From assembly GCF_003704095.1 (NCBI RefSeq), contig NW_020845694.1, forward strand, positions 372,001 to 436,000: a stretch of 64,000 bases of DNA. Direction: 5' to 3'. A model generated the notes under the pieces. That model saw nothing but the letters and a program-made list of their open reading frames with translations. It made no database searches and was not told where the DNA came from. The position numbers and the translations under genes were made by a program. Position 1 is the first letter of the stretch, and every line of letters begins with the position of its first letter. Origin of the DNA: Pocillopora damicornis. Taxonomy: Eukaryota. Positions 63,401 to 64,000 of this stretch are shown piece after piece.

Positions 63401-63775
63401 AAACTTGGTTATCAATAGAAAGAAAAGGGCAGTTTTACCGGCTTCTCTCATATCTTCATCTAAGTCTCCCTCGTAAGCAGCAACATCAAAGCCAGCTATA
63501 CTCATGACAAGACCGCTTTCCTTTGCCAGTGAAATGATATGTTCACATTCTTCATCCGACAAGAAACGGGGAATCTCTGTTAAAGAATTAAAATCATAAC
63601 ATAATCCTTTTTCTCTCTCTTTTTTTTTTTGTAAGGGTGAAAAATGATCCTGGGAATGAACTTTTGATAGGAACAACTTGAGGCAGAACTCACCAAAAAG
63701 CAAGGGCTTCATGGCTCTTGTGATCATTTTGTATTTGATCCCTTCCGTTAATTCCACCCATCTCTCATGACCTGT
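58314..63775 (-). CDS. P4HTM: Transmembrane prolyl 4-hydroxylase-like 2OG-Fe(II) dioxygenase with EF-hand; 5' end outside the window
   Basis: Exons approx. 63775-63694, 63575-63439, 62642-62552, 62300-62239, 61927-61890, 61503-61338, 60739-60681, 60121-59975, 59348-59259, 58588-58314. Motifs KPLLFEIPRFLSDEECEHIISLA, EF loop WDVNNDGFIDANE, RYSQQAWL, GHYHGHLDS, RFITILYYLNDVEEGGETAF, PKKGTAIMWYN, LHGGCDVIKGEKWIANNW. Confidence 0.92.
59050..59200 (+). mobile_element. Old, decayed copy of the tRNA-headed element seen at 35720-35994
   Basis: gtggcttcgttcctcggttggtagtagcgct...cctgaattttttcaagcctatattttgcaatt. Confidence 0.5.
59410..59700 (+). mobile_element. tRNA-headed SINE, degraded
   Basis: ggactccgg...gtccgtgttcgagccctgac (B box) followed by a body ending actcatagtcgcttcatgctatactgaaactggtataagctc. 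Confidence 0.6.
62813..63316. repeat. Minisatellite, 21 x 24 bp (consensus CACGAGTCAAACTTCTAAGTCGTT), in a P4HTM intron
   Basis: Units counted directly at exact 24-bp spacing from 62813 to 63293, followed by (TACGAGT)x3. Confidence 0.95.
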
Positions 63776-64000
63776 CTAAAAAAAAGAAATACGAACTGAC
63801 CTGTAAGTTGCCAGGTGCAATGAGCAGGATTTCGATAACTTTTTCCTCAAGGGGCTACCGATTGTGTTTTTGGCAGTAATGTCGCAATCTGCTTGGCCAA
63901 TTTGCCTTTGTCGATAAGAATACAGACAATGCTGCTCGCGTCAACGTTTCATGCAGTGGTCACGCACTGAAAGAATTGCTTTATGTTACGTCCATAATTT

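Noticed and set aside
63801-63967. Additional P4HTM exon
   Set aside because: It would need a ~25-nt intron and shows no convincing P4HTM-like reading frame.

Overview
Eukaryotic, intron-rich, AT-rich genomic DNA with six N-gaps. Its repeat families (TTAA/CCCTT MITEs, tRNA-headed SINEs, Penelope-like fragments with minimal hammerhead ribozymes) look like those of a scleractinian coral; this is inference, not verified. By splicing exons by hand I find ten protein-coding genes: an ANKRD31/BARD1-type ankyrin gene (-, runs off the left edge), coactosin COTL1 (+), a divergent otopetrin-like membrane protein (-, 5' part lost in a gap), a 17-exon uncharacterised EF-hand protein (-), prefoldin 4 (+, with a U12 AT-AC intron), METTL17 (+), TPX2 (-), a NERD1-like FG-GAP membrane protein (+), an intronless two-cluster ankyrin gene (-) and a P4HTM-like prolyl hydroxylase (-, runs off the right edge). 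Most short ORFs in the supplied track are spurious or single exons. I see no prokaryotic-type system and no CRISPR array. The best leads are: three minimal hammerhead ribozyme motifs, all sense to their host transcripts; the otopetrin-like protein with rearranged conserved residues; a young tRNA-headed fold-back insertion with an 11-bp target duplication; the AT-AC intron; a CDE/CHR-Myb-CCAAT promoter on TPX2; and an indel-free 21 x 24-bp intronic array with higher-order structure.
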